Assembly (NCBI GenBank): GCA_963754655.1 | Contig: CAVWGN010000001.1 | Span: 1,408,001-1,472,000 of the forward strand | Origin: an uncultured Chlamydiae bacterium | GTDB taxonomy: Bacteria; Chlamydiota; Chlamydiia; Chlamydiales; Parachlamydiaceae | Direction: 5' to 3' | DNA length: 64,000 bases | Shown: one piece after another, positions 49,847 to 59,893 of the stretch | Numbering within the stretch: the stretch's first letter is position 1 | How the letters are laid out: every line of letters starts with the position of its first letter | The notes under the pieces: generated by a model | What the model saw: only the letters and a program-made list of their open reading frames with translations | Told to the model about the DNA's origin: nothing | Database searches by the model: none | Made by a program: the position numbers and the translations under genes

Positions 49847-50737
49847 TCAATGTTTACGGCGTAAAATAAAATCAGCCAAGCCAACTAAAAGAGAGGTGTC
49901 ATAAGGTAAAGGAGCTAAAGATTTAACTGCTTGATTATAATAGTTTAAGGCGTAAGATTGGGCTTGCTCTATACCGAGTAGTGAGACATAAGTTGATTTT
50001 TCATTGCGAATATCTGAAGCAATGTTTCGGCCATGTTTAGCCTGACTCGAAGTGACATCTAAAATATCATCTACAACTTGGAAGGCAAGGCCAATGCATT
50101 CCCCAAATTGACGCAAACAATCCAATTGATTTGGGTTTGCATTGGCAATGATTCCGCCAAATTCAATCGCCGCTGTCATTAATGCAGCAGTTTTATTGCG
50201 GTGGAGAAGGCGTAAGGTATCCAAAGAGATTTTCTGTCCTTCATAAGCCAAGTCCATGACTTGTCCGCCAATCATTCCCTCACTTCCGCTTTGACGGGCA
50301 AGAATAGCAATCAATTGAGCTTTTTTGTCAGCATTTAAATGACGATCAGTGGCTAAAACTTCAAAAGCATAAGTCAAGAGAAAATCGCCTGTTAAAACCG
50401 CATGTCCTTCTGAATATTTTCGATGAAGTGTTAATTTTCCACGACGGTAGTCATCATTATCCATGCAGGGCAAATCGTCGTGAATCATAGAATAAGTATG
50501 AATCATTTCTAAAGTGCAAGCGGGGGTTAGGGCAAGATGAGGATCGCCTTTTAAGACGTGTGTTGTTGTCAGAGCTAAAATCGGCCGCAATCGCTTACCG
50601 CCGCCTAATAAAGCGTAGCGCGCCGCTTCAAAGAGCTGTTGAGAAGGGCCATGACGTATGGGAACTAAGCGATCTAGCTCTTGTTCAATGAGTTGTCCTT
50701 GAGTTTGTATATAGTGGGCAATATCTGTTACCATCAT
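49847..50737 (-). CDS. ispA: Geranyl/farnesyl diphosphate synthase
   Basis: GGKRLRP, SMIHDDLPCMDNDDYRRG, GQVMD, KTAA, FQVVDDILD. Confidence 0.92.
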   Translation of the reverse strand: MMVTDIAHYIQTQGQLIEQELDRLVPIRHGPSQQLFEAARYALLGGGKRLRPILALTTTHVLKGDPHLALTPACTLEMIHTYSMIHDDLPCMDNDDYRRGKLTLHRKYSEGHAVLTGDFLLTYAFEVLATDRHLNADKKAQLIAILARQSGSEGMIGGQVMDLAYEGQKISLDTLRLLHRNKTAALMTAAIEFGGIIANANPNQLDCLRQFGECIGLAFQVVDDILDVTSSQAKHGRNIASDIRNEKSTYVSLLGIEQAQSYALNYYNQAVKSLAPLPYDTSLLVGLADFILRRKH

Positions 50738-52146
50738 GTTTGACCTACTTTTATCTTAAAAGAGAGAGGGAGACAATCGAGTTGCTTTTTTAAATTGTTG
50801 ACATTATGAGCATAAGCAGGCTGTTGGCCAATGCTAATGTAATCAAATCCTTTACGAGCCATTTCTTCAGGTTGATATTGATTGCGACCGTCAAAGAACG
50901 CACGACCTATCATGCGATTCAATAAAGATTGAAAATCCAAAAATCGAAATTGTTTCCACTCTGTCATGAGAACTAAAGCGTCAGCTCCTTCGGCAGTTTC
51001 CAACTCATCTTGGCACCAGGTAATGCTTGCATGATGAAGACCTAAAGATTTGGCTTTTGGCATGGCAATTGGATCGAAAAGACGCAGAGTAACATGTTGA
51101 TTGAGAAGATCTTGAAGGAGAACAAGAGACGAGGCTTCACGCATATCATCTGTATCAGGTTTAAACGATAAGCCTAAAATTCCAATTGTTTTTCCTTTTA
51201 GTCCGCCGTGAGATGCAAAATAAGCAGCCAGTTTTAATCCCATCACTTTTTTTTGATTGCGATTGACTTCTTGCACGGCTCGAATGACTGAGAGCTCTAC
51301 TTTACATGCCTCTCCCTGAGCGATGAGAGCTTGAATGTCTTTAGGCAAGCAAGATCCTCCAAAACCTACGCCTGGATAGAGAAATTTATTACCAATTCGT
51401 TCATCCGCTCCCATGGCTTTGCGGACCCAATTGATATTCGCACCGAGCTTCTCACAAAGAGTAGCCATTTCATTCATAAATGAAATGCGAGTGGCAAGCA
51501 TTGCATTGGAAGCATACTTTGCGAGCTCTGCAGAATAAATATCCATGACAAGCAAGCGATCATGATTGAGCATAAAAGGGGAATAGATTTCTTTCATGAT
51601 GGTTGCGGAGCGAGGATTATTAACTCCAATAATGACGCGATCAGGTTTCATGAAGTCTTGGACTGCATTCCCTTCTTTGAGAAACTCAGGATTAGATACA
51701 ACATCGAAATCAATAGAGATCTGACGTTTATCTAGTTCTGTTTCGATGATTTGTGCGAGTTTGGAAGTTGTTCCCACGGGGACAGTAGATTTGGTCGCAA
51801 TGACGCAATAACGCTGGAGATGGCATCCTAATGTCTTAGCAACTAATTCGACTTGAAGGGTGTCGGCTTGTCCAAGCGTGGTTGTGGGAGTATCAACAGT
51901 GATAAAGCAGGCATCGGCTTGAGAGACGCTGGTTGCATAGTCAGTTGTAAAAGCCAATCGTTTAGATTTAATATTGCGCTTAACCATTTCTTCTAAGCCG
52001 GGCTCATAAATAGGAATCACGCCTTGATTGAGGGCGTCAATTTTGGCAGCATTAATATCCACACAAATGACGTGATGCCCCATTTCTGCAAAGCAGGTTC
52101 CGCTGACCAATCCAACATAACCCACTCCAATCATGAGAAGTTTCAT
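50734..52146 (-). CDS. ugd: UDP-glucose 6-dehydrogenase
   Basis: GVGYVGLV, IYEPGL, KSTVPVGT, NPEFLKEG, GFGGSCLPKD, FKPDTDDMRE. Confidence 0.93.
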   Translation of the reverse strand: MKLLMIGVGYVGLVSGTCFAEMGHHVICVDINAAKIDALNQGVIPIYEPGLEEMVKRNIKSKRLAFTTDYATSVSQADACFITVDTPTTTLGQADTLQVELVAKTLGCHLQRYCVIATKSTVPVGTTSKLAQIIETELDKRQISIDFDVVSNPEFLKEGNAVQDFMKPDRVIIGVNNPRSATIMKEIYSPFMLNHDRLLVMDIYSAELAKYASNAMLATRISFMNEMATLCEKLGANINWVRKAMGADERIGNKFLYPGVGFGGSCLPKDIQALIAQGEACKVELSVIRAVQEVNRNQKKVMGLKLAAYFASHGGLKGKTIGILGLSFKPDTDDMREASSLVLLQDLLNQHVTLRLFDPIAMPKAKSLGLHHASITWCQDELETAEGADALVLMTEWKQFRFLDFQSLLNRMIGRAFFDGRNQYQPEEMARKGFDYISIGQQPAYAHNVNNLKKQLDCLPLSFKIKVGQT

Positions 52147-52256
52147 AGCAACCTTTTATTTTGAAATCTTGAAGGAACAAAATTATACTTCATCTGAACT
52201 TTTGCTGCATGAAGAAAATACAATAGGAATGATTTGAACTTTTGCAAACAAAACAC

Positions 52257-54494
52257 CTATTCAAAATAATACATTTTTCTTGATTTATCTTCCTGCACAG
52301 GTCGTCGCAAGCCCACATTTAGATACATGGCCACTCGATCATCTTTTTCTTGGTGCTGGTAAGAAAAGCGAAGATGCCAAGCGGTTTGAATTGTTGTGAG
52401 GAGATCAAATTCAAATTCGATATAACTTGGCTCTTTTTTGCGATTCCAGCCTTGACGAGAGGTAAACTCACACGCCCAATTGGGATGGAAGCGATAAAAA
52501 AAATGCACAAGGAGGGTGTCTCTGCGATCAGACAAGGGGGAATGAAGCAAACGCTTTTCGCTGTGAAACATATCTAAAAAGAAATTTTCGTGATCCACTT
52601 TTCGCCACCAATAGGGTCCACGATGGCGGTATTCGGCTGCAATGGCAAAATCAGCATTTAATGTCCATTTTGTAAGAAAATTAAAGTAATCGACTTGATT
52701 GTGCTCTAGATTCCATCCTGTATCAAGGGTGTGTTTGATTGTAGGAAGTGAAAAAAAACATAATTGACCATAGACTCTAGGAATCGTTTGACGAATTTTG
52801 TGCATATCAAAGAAAGCAAACGCATAGAGATCAGCGGATAGCATACGGGCCACACAAGCATTGTTTTGCTTGGTATAAAAAGCGTTATGAATTCCAAAGG
52901 ATAAATAATTGAGGCGCGTCCACCCATCGGTGATGTCAAAGATATCATGTTGATGAGGAGAAGAAGTAGGAGAAGAATAATAGCGATAAAAGACATAGGG
53001 TTCAATGATATGCTTGAGAGAACCATAATAGCGATAGAGTTGGCTTCTCAAATCAATTCCTGTTTTTCCTAACACAACCCATTGCGATTCTCCTGTTGGA
53101 CTATCACCGTAAAAAATGGAGATCATTCCAATTTCAGGTGTTAAGGTACCAAAGCGTCCAAGCACCAGGGGGCGATACAGGGTAGGAAAATATTGAAAAC
53201 GCGATGAAGAATAATTGCGTACGTGTAAAAGAAACTTCGAGTATTCAAAATTCAAGTAAGAGGCACTGGCCCAGTTTTCAAAAATCATTCCTGTGCGCTG
53301 CAATTCAAAGGGTTTGAAATTGGCTTCTAAAGTAGGAAGTTCTTGCTTGACTGTTTGAAAGCTATTGATGCGAACGCGTGTATAAAAGTTTCCTATCCAA
53401 TTTTCCTCTTGCCTTCTGATTCGAAGTTGTGTGCGTTCGGCAGTATCAAAATCAAAATCGCGATCGTAATAGTAGCTGGGCATGTCCTTGTCGCTAATTT
53501 TATCATAAGTCAATAAAATGCTAGTCTTGTCTTCATCCATCAGCTTTCGAAAAGCCCCTTCAAAGCGAAAGCGCGCTTTTTCATGGGGATGTAAAATAGA
53601 AGAATCCTTTGCTAAGTAAAAAATGCTTTGAAACTCTGTTTTATTGTCTTGCGAGTGGTAACTTGTTTCAATCCCTCCTCCTGGCCCTCTAGTCAAGCGA
53701 TAATCAAAACGAATAAATGTTTTCCAGCGTTCCCAAGAGAAAATTTCATAGGTTAAACCAAAGCGCGGCCCTTGGTGGCCTCCCCAACGAAATCGATAAC
53801 GAATAGGATTATCAAAAATGGAATCCAAATTGACCCGCAACGCTGGAACCCACAACACATTATAATTGAAGATTTTGAGAGAAATATGTTGAGCTCTTAA
53901 ATCACGTTCTTTTTCTATCCGAACAACTTGTGCGTAAATGCCCCAATCAGGCTGATCTCTTTCCGATGTTGTCACGTAACCATTATAAATGAGATAACTG
54001 CCATCCGGCCTGAGTTCCAGCCTTTCTCCTCCAAAAAACCAAGGTTCAATGGCTGTTTTACCATATTCAATGATCCCTTCTTTAGCTTGAAAATCATAAA
54101 ATAACTTCTTCCCTACAAAAATATATTCGCCAAATTCAACAATTAAATCTCCTTCAGCTTCTATCGTCCAAATCGACTTTTGATCCACAACCTTTCGTGT
54201 ATAACATAAATGTAGCGCTTGAATACGAATGTCAGAAGCAGTAATGACTCCTCCTTTATCTGTTGATAAAATCCCATCAGTATAAAGCGGTTCGCGTAAA
54301 TCGACTGTAATTCCTTCTTGCATCCCTTTCTGCATCATTTTACCTATCTCCTGGCCTAGAGCAGGCCAGCAAATCAAGTGAAATAAAACAAGGGAGAAAA
54401 AGAAGAGAGTCGACTTTGCCTTTTTTATTAGATGAAATGACAAAGGACAGCAGGAAAAAAATTGAGACCAAACAGCTCGATTGATGTGCTTCAT
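52257..54494 (-). CDS. Exported outer-membrane protein, LptD-like
   Basis: Signal-peptide-like segment, N-terminal OstA-like strands (LFYDF..KEG, GYVTTS), aromatic-rich beta-strand C-terminal region with KHIIEP; start codon uncertain. Confidence 0.6.
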   Translation of the reverse strand: MKHINRAVWSQFFSCCPLSFHLIKKAKSTLFFFSLVLFHLICWPALGQEIGKMMQKGMQEGITVDLREPLYTDGILSTDKGGVITASDIRIQALHLCYTRKVVDQKSIWTIEAEGDLIVEFGEYIFVGKKLFYDFQAKEGIIEYGKTAIEPWFFGGERLELRPDGSYLIYNGYVTTSERDQPDWGIYAQVVRIEKERDLRAQHISLKIFNYNVLWVPALRVNLDSIFDNPIRYRFRWGGHQGPRFGLTYEIFSWERWKTFIRFDYRLTRGPGGGIETSYHSQDNKTEFQSIFYLAKDSSILHPHEKARFRFEGAFRKLMDEDKTSILLTYDKISDKDMPSYYYDRDFDFDTAERTQLRIRRQEENWIGNFYTRVRINSFQTVKQELPTLEANFKPFELQRTGMIFENWASASYLNFEYSKFLLHVRNYSSSRFQYFPTLYRPLVLGRFGTLTPEIGMISIFYGDSPTGESQWVVLGKTGIDLRSQLYRYYGSLKHIIEPYVFYRYYSSPTSSPHQHDIFDITDGWTRLNYLSFGIHNAFYTKQNNACVARMLSADLYAFAFFDMHKIRQTIPRVYGQLCFFSLPTIKHTLDTGWNLEHNQVDYFNFLTKWTLNADFAIAAEYRHRGPYWWRKVDHENFFLDMFHSEKRLLHSPLSDRRDTLLVHFFYRFHPNWACEFTSRQGWNRKKEPSYIEFEFDLLTTIQTAWHLRFSYQHQEKDDRVAMYLNVGLRRPVQEDKSRKMYYFE

Positions 54495-54581
54495 AGTGAA
54501 AAGAAATCCAGATAGGCAATCAGATAGAACGATTATAAAGTGAAAGTGATTTATGACAGAAGGATGAAAATAGAAAAGAAG

Positions 54582-54620
54582 TCATTTTACCCAAGAGAGA
54601 GAATTCTCTTGGGTAAATGA
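54582..54620. terminator. Hairpin downstream of the 54630-55817 gene
   Basis: TCATTTTACCCAAGAGA-N6-TCTCTTGGGTAAATGA, about 10 bp after the stop codon. Confidence 0.6.
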
Positions 54621-54629
54621 GGAGAGTGT

Positions 54630-55817
54630 TTACACAGCAGGAGGATTAATCTTAAAAATAGACTTTATAATATTATTTTGCTGAAAGGAGTTGATAAAAT
54701 CTTGAGGAGCAGTGAATTTAAAATCTATTTTAAAATTCTCCATTTCCTTTTCTAACTCTTCTCCATATTCAGCCGCCATTGATTGTGCCCATTTTGAAAC
54801 AGCTCCTCGTTCATTAGGAATATCTTTTGGTGTTTCTTTTGCCAGTTGCTCGAGACCCGCTTGTAATTCAGAATGTCGCTCAGTAAGAGTTTTCCAAGCT
54901 TGTTCTGCTGCTGCTCGTTGAAAAAGTTGAGCTCCAAACGCAGAGCAGAAAACTTTTCTTGATTTACCTTTTCCACCCGTCAAATGTGTTGCTTGAATAT
55001 GTTCATCAAAAATTCCTTTAAATAAACGCTTCTTTGCTTGCAAATCGAATGTATCGGATCTTCTAAATATTCCTTTTAAAGCTAATAAAAAGGAAAATTT
55101 GCTTAATTTATCCTTTTTACTAGAGGTATTATTCCCATCCTCTGTGTTAGGGTTTTCCTCTACTAAATACTTGGCTTTAGGAGCAACGCGAAGAGCAATT
55201 GTCGCTGCTTTCTCTGCTGTGGTTGCATAAGTAGGAGTTGGACGAAAAACTTGATAATTATATCCCATGCCTTTTTCCAAACGACAGGAATCATGGGTAA
55301 AAAGATCGACAGTACGCAGTCCTCCACTTCGGGAAGGCATCGCTTCTGAAATAATGACTCGCCCCTTTTCCTTATCCACTCCTACGACAATCGCAATATG
55401 GACTGCAGTATGGTCTGCTGTTTTATTAGATCGCCCAAAAAATTTGGCAATCCGCTGAAGTATCACAATAAAGGGATCGACCGCTTCAATTTTTTTAAAA
55501 CCCGTGAGATGAGTCACAATAATATCTCCGACTTTAAACTGCTCGCTTAGAGCTTTTTTCTCTTCTAAATTTGTCGGAAAAATTGTCGCTGTAAGAATAG
55601 ATTCATTTTCCTTCTCTACCTTAGACTGTTCTGTTTGAAGAACTTTTACGGGTTTTGAAATAGAATTAGATGCAGAAGTTGCAGCATCCGCTTGTATTAA
55701 TTGAGGTATATTTAAGTCATTTAAGTGTTCGATATTTTGTATAGGGGGTGTTTGAGTTTCAATTTGAAAAGGATTGGATGTCTGTAATAAATTAAATTCA
55801 TTTAAATTTTTTATCAT
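54630..55817 (-). CDS. Permuted papain-like (YiiX/YebB-like NlpC/P60) protein
   Basis: KVGDIIV, VHIAIVVG, IISEAM, VFRP, VFCSAF, TAPQDF in permuted His-before-Cys order. Confidence 0.7.
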   Translation of the reverse strand: MIKNLNEFNLLQTSNPFQIETQTPPIQNIEHLNDLNIPQLIQADAATSASNSISKPVKVLQTEQSKVEKENESILTATIFPTNLEEKKALSEQFKVGDIIVTHLTGFKKIEAVDPFIVILQRIAKFFGRSNKTADHTAVHIAIVVGVDKEKGRVIISEAMPSRSGGLRTVDLFTHDSCRLEKGMGYNYQVFRPTPTYATTAEKAATIALRVAPKAKYLVEENPNTEDGNNTSSKKDKLSKFSFLLALKGIFRRSDTFDLQAKKRLFKGIFDEHIQATHLTGGKGKSRKVFCSAFGAQLFQRAAAEQAWKTLTERHSELQAGLEQLAKETPKDIPNERGAVSKWAQSMAAEYGEELEKEMENFKIDFKFTAPQDFINSFQQNNIIKSIFKINPPAV

Positions 55818-56164
55818 TGTTTAACCTTGGTTGAATTATTTTATTTAATATATAATTATATCTTAATCTAATTATTAATTTATTAAAGAAATTGTTAATT
55901 TTTGTTTAAAAATTCGACTTTAAATAATTATTTATTATATATAATTAATTTTATAGTTTGTTTTCGTAATTTATTTAGATGAAATTAATTTGATTTAGTT
56001 TTATTAAAAAGACCCCGTTCCGTTAATTAATAAATTATATTCATAGAGAAAGGGTCATATAAATTATTGAATAATTTGTTTTAATATGTGAATTAAAATG
56101 AATTAAGGGAAAAATAGTTAGAAGGAGAGGATATAGAATGAAAAGCTCAAAAAGAATTGTTTTC

Positions 56165-57862
56165 TTATTGAGTGGCGCGGAGAAGCAAGCCTGCTAAGGC
56201 ATATTTATTTTTAGCGTGACCTGTTGCGATAGCTTCGATTAAAGTTTCCACTCCTTGTGTATCTTGTTGGGCTGCAAAAGTTTCAAAAGCTTCAATCAAT
56301 AATTTAGAAGTTTCTTCAGGGGTTAAAGTGTAAGTATTTTCGCCAAATTTCCATGGGCTGAAGGGTTGGAAGCGAATGAATTGTGTTTGATTTTGCGTTT
56401 TTACCCATTGACGTAATTGCTCGGCATAAGGACCCGGTTCTTGTAAGCGATAAAGTGCGAGATTGCAATAATGGCGGACGAGAGGGGCCCCAAATTGTTG
56501 CTGATGTTGCTTGAGACACTCTATTGCCTCTTTTGTCCCCAAATGCTCGAGTAATTCTGTCGTGCGAGGGACTAAGTCATTTTGTTGTTTTAAGAAAATT
56601 TGATGAGCTAAGGCAAGAAAATGCTTGGGAGAAAGTTCTCGTACCTTTTCTAAAAGTGATTCTTTCAATTCTAAATGCTCTTGATAAGCACTCAGATCAT
56701 CTTTTAATAATTGATTGGCAGAGGGGGTGACTTTCCACGCTTTAAATATTTGTCCTGGTGAATGAATAATAGTAAAAGCTAGATCTTTTTTGTCTCGAAT
56801 GACAACTTCGCTGATAAGATCAAGGGCGCGAGGGTGATGTTGTTCTAAAAGAGCCATAACTGCATTCAGACGAATCTGCATATTGGGCTTTTCAAGTAAG
56901 TATAAAAGAATTTCTGATCGATCTGGAATAGAGCCCAATGCTGAAATGGCAAAGAGATCTTCTTTTTGTGCTGCTTGTTCAATAGCTTGGATGGATTCTT
57001 CGTGCCCTAATTGATAAAGAGCGACATGGGCTGCTAGAGACACTGTGGGATATTGCGATAAAGTGAGTTTTTTGAGTTTAGGAATCGATGCTTCATCTTT
57101 TAATGTTCCGAAAGTTGCCGCACAAGCCTCTTGTAAGGCAAATTGAAGTTGGGATGATTGTTGATGAATCTGTGGAAGAAGATCATCTCGCTGGTATTTA
57201 GCAATGCTTAAAATGATCGCAAGGCGAACACTTTTAGATGATTGATTGAAAAGCTTGCGCAAAATACGGGTAGAATGAGAATCGCCCACCATAGCAAATA
57301 AAGGGGGAAAAATTGCCATATAAGCCTTAGGGGTCTTATACATTAAAGATTCAGCCTGATTAATCGCTTGAGGATGTTTTTTCTTGCAAAGTTGATGAAC
57401 GGCTTCATAACGCACTTCAATGGAAGGAGATCCAAGAGCGCGCATCAGGGCGTGATCGGCTCGATCATTTTGAAAGCGGGCCAAAGCTCCTAATGCAACC
57501 AATTGAATGGCTGGATAGGGACTTTTAAGGCTTTCCTCTAAAATATAATAAGCATCCTCATGGGCAGAAACAGCAGCTCCAAAAAGAGCCAGGAGTTGAC
57601 ATTCAGGGTCGTTTTGTCGAAATCCATCATCTAAAATTCTTAGCCCCATTTGATGTAAAAGTTCAAAATCATGTTGCTTGCTTGCTTGAACATCTTTCTG
57701 ATAAATTTTTAATGCTTGCTCATGATTGCCTTGCTGGACTAAAAATAAGAGATGCCCATGGTGATGAGAGACAGAAGGGGAGGAAGGATCTTCTCCATAT
57801 CCATTAAAAGGAAGAATAAGCGCGCCTAGATTTAAAAGGGTTATCCCCATCTTGCCATGCAT
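56165..57862 (-). CDS. HEAT-repeat protein
   Basis: Repeats such as SPYPAIQLVALGAL, SPSIEVRYEAVHQL, KPNMQIRLNAVMAL. Confidence 0.8.
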   Translation of the reverse strand: MHGKMGITLLNLGALILPFNGYGEDPSSPSVSHHHGHLLFLVQQGNHEQALKIYQKDVQASKQHDFELLHQMGLRILDDGFRQNDPECQLLALFGAAVSAHEDAYYILEESLKSPYPAIQLVALGALARFQNDRADHALMRALGSPSIEVRYEAVHQLCKKKHPQAINQAESLMYKTPKAYMAIFPPLFAMVGDSHSTRILRKLFNQSSKSVRLAIILSIAKYQRDDLLPQIHQQSSQLQFALQEACAATFGTLKDEASIPKLKKLTLSQYPTVSLAAHVALYQLGHEESIQAIEQAAQKEDLFAISALGSIPDRSEILLYLLEKPNMQIRLNAVMALLEQHHPRALDLISEVVIRDKKDLAFTIIHSPGQIFKAWKVTPSANQLLKDDLSAYQEHLELKESLLEKVRELSPKHFLALAHQIFLKQQNDLVPRTTELLEHLGTKEAIECLKQHQQQFGAPLVRHYCNLALYRLQEPGPYAEQLRQWVKTQNQTQFIRFQPFSPWKFGENTYTLTPEETSKLLIEAFETFAAQQDTQGVETLIEAIATGHAKNKYALAGLLLRATQ

Positions 57863-57864
57863 GT

Positions 57865-58452
57865 TTAGAACCTTTTAAAATGTTTCCAAAGGTCAATTCC
57901 TGCATGTAGTAAGACAGAGTAGAGAGCATTGATGGGTAATCCGACAACATTATAATAACATCCTTCAATGCGTTTGACAATCAACCCTCCTGGACCTTGA
58001 ATCATATAGCCGCCAGCCTTATCAGAAAAAGTGAGGCTCTGATGATAAGTTTTAATCTGCTCTTCTGTCAGAGAATTGAATAACACCCGCGTTTCATCCA
58101 CTTCTTGAAAGTTTTGGCCCTTTAACGAAAGGGTTAATCCAGTAAAAACGCTATGCCATTTTCCCGACAATTCTTTTAAGTATTGAAAAGCCTCCTCCTT
58201 ATTTCTTGGCTTTCCATAAATCTTGCCTTCTTTATAGACAATAGTGTCAGCTGTCAAAATTGCCTCTTGAGAAAACTCATAAGCCAGAGAATCGGCCTTG
58301 CCTTTTGATAAAATTTGGACATATTCTTGCGGATTGCCATGAAAAGGAATCGTATCCTCATCAAAATGAGGAGAGACTTGCTTGAAAGGGATATCAAAAA
58401 AACTTAAAACCTCTCGTCTTCTTGGAGATTGTGAACCTAAAATCAGTTGCAT
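57865..58452 (-). CDS. maf: Maf nucleoside triphosphate pyrophosphatase
   Basis: [33 protein letters not shown]. Confidence 0.95.
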   Translation of the reverse strand: MQLILGSQSPRRREVLSFFDIPFKQVSPHFDEDTIPFHGNPQEYVQILSKGKADSLAYEFSQEAILTADTIVYKEGKIYGKPRNKEEAFQYLKELSGKWHSVFTGLTLSLKGQNFQEVDETRVLFNSLTEEQIKTYHQSLTFSDKAGGYMIQGPGGLIVKRIEGCYYNVVGLPINALYSVLLHAGIDLWKHFKRF

Positions 58453-58459
58453 AGAGATC

Positions 58460-58750
58460 CTAAATTAAAAAAAGTTGAGAAAAAAGATAAGCGGAATGCT
58501 TATCTAGGTTAATTTTTGGACAATAAACGTATAATTCTGTTTTGACTTCTTTCTCTTTTTCTTTCAATTCAGCATATGTCATGAAAGAAGGAATAAAAAG
58601 ACCGATATAATCTTTTTCTTGCTGTTGGACGACTATAAGAGTTGCCTTTCCTAAAAGTTTAGCTTCTTTCCAATTTCGACTTTGATTCAAATGTATTTTC
58701 ACTTCTTTAGTTTGAATATAACCTAGAAAAATCCGAATTTCAAATGACAT
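58460..58750 (-). CDS. Small hypothetical protein
   Basis: 96-aa ORF, operon-like spacing upstream of maf. Confidence 0.6.
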   Translation of the reverse strand: MSFEIRIFLGYIQTKEVKIHLNQSRNWKEAKLLGKATLIVVQQQEKDYIGLFIPSFMTYAELKEKEKEVKTELYVYCPKINLDKHSAYLFSQLFLI

Positions 58751-58841
58751 TTCAATCTCTTTATAAAATTTTTTATGACATATTTATTGAGTAAAAAAAT
58801 AAAAAATATGTTATCTTATAATTAACTAGGTGGAGCCTTTT

Positions 58842-59843
58842 ATGCTTACCGAGTTTATTTATCAATGGAATCCTTTTAATGTTTATGGGAATGAAGTTGA
58901 AGTTGATGACTTAATTTGCAATCCTTTACAGCCAAATGAAACACTTAGACAGGATCGATATGGCCATTTTAGGCGAATTCGTGTTCCTACTTCTCATTCT
59001 ACTCTTTGGGAAAGAGTTGTCTTTTGGTTTCAGATTCACATTAATGAAAAAGATCATTTGCAAGCAATTGATAAATTAATTTCTCTTTTTTACCAAAGGC
59101 TTCTTCAACATCCTCCTCAACAGACTGAGAAAATGCAAGAATTTAACTTGCAGGTCAATCAATTGCGTTCATTGAAAAATGATTATGGCTTTGTCTATCT
59201 TAAGAAAGAAGATCCTTCTTTTATCGATTTAAGATTAAAAGAGATAGAAAGACATGCTTATTCCATTTTTGCTTACTATCATAAACACCAGATTCTTGAA
59301 CAGGAAGAAATTAGAAAAAAGTCTTTTGATTTATTTCAAGCTCAAATCAAACAAAATTTTCAAGATTTAGAATTAGAATATGTAAGAGGTTTGCAAACTG
59401 CACGACTTTTAATTATGGTTCCTGTCACCATAGTCAATGTTCTTTTTGAAGAAAGAATGCAGAGCCTAGACAAGCGGCTGAAGATCATTGAAGCTCTTCA
59501 AGCCCAAATCAATGAATTAGAAAAAGAGCATGAAGGAAAATTTACCATTCCCTTTATTAATGATGATTTGAATCATATGAGAAGTAAATTGTGCTACGAA
59601 TTATCCAAAATTGGTATAGAGGCTCAATTGTTAATAGAAAATTTAATTTTAAATTATCGCCTCATTCCTTTTCAAGCAGGGGTCAAATGGTTATTAGATT
59701 CCCTTCAGATTGATCCCGAGAAATATGATAAAGAAAAATCATATGCATTTTTGTTTCAACAGGCTTTAGATAGCGAAATTCAGCGCCTTCGCTTTCTATT
59801 TCAAAAAAGAAAAAGAATAGGAGAAGAAAAAAACAGATCCTAA
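58842..59843 (+). CDS. Hypothetical helical/coiled-coil protein
   Basis: Long ORF; GGAG before ATG 58842 (alternative GTG at 58830). Confidence 0.7.
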   Translation: MLTEFIYQWNPFNVYGNEVEVDDLICNPLQPNETLRQDRYGHFRRIRVPTSHSTLWERVVFWFQIHINEKDHLQAIDKLISLFYQRLLQHPPQQTEKMQEFNLQVNQLRSLKNDYGFVYLKKEDPSFIDLRLKEIERHAYSIFAYYHKHQILEQEEIRKKSFDLFQAQIKQNFQDLELEYVRGLQTARLLIMVPVTIVNVLFEERMQSLDKRLKIIEALQAQINELEKEHEGKFTIPFINDDLNHMRSKLCYELSKIGIEAQLLIENLILNYRLIPFQAGVKWLLDSLQIDPEKYDKEKSYAFLFQQALDSEIQRLRFLFQKRKRIGEEKNRS

Positions 59844-59893
59844 TTGGCATTTATCTTGCATAAAGTAAAGGGATTTATAGAGAGGATTAAGCT

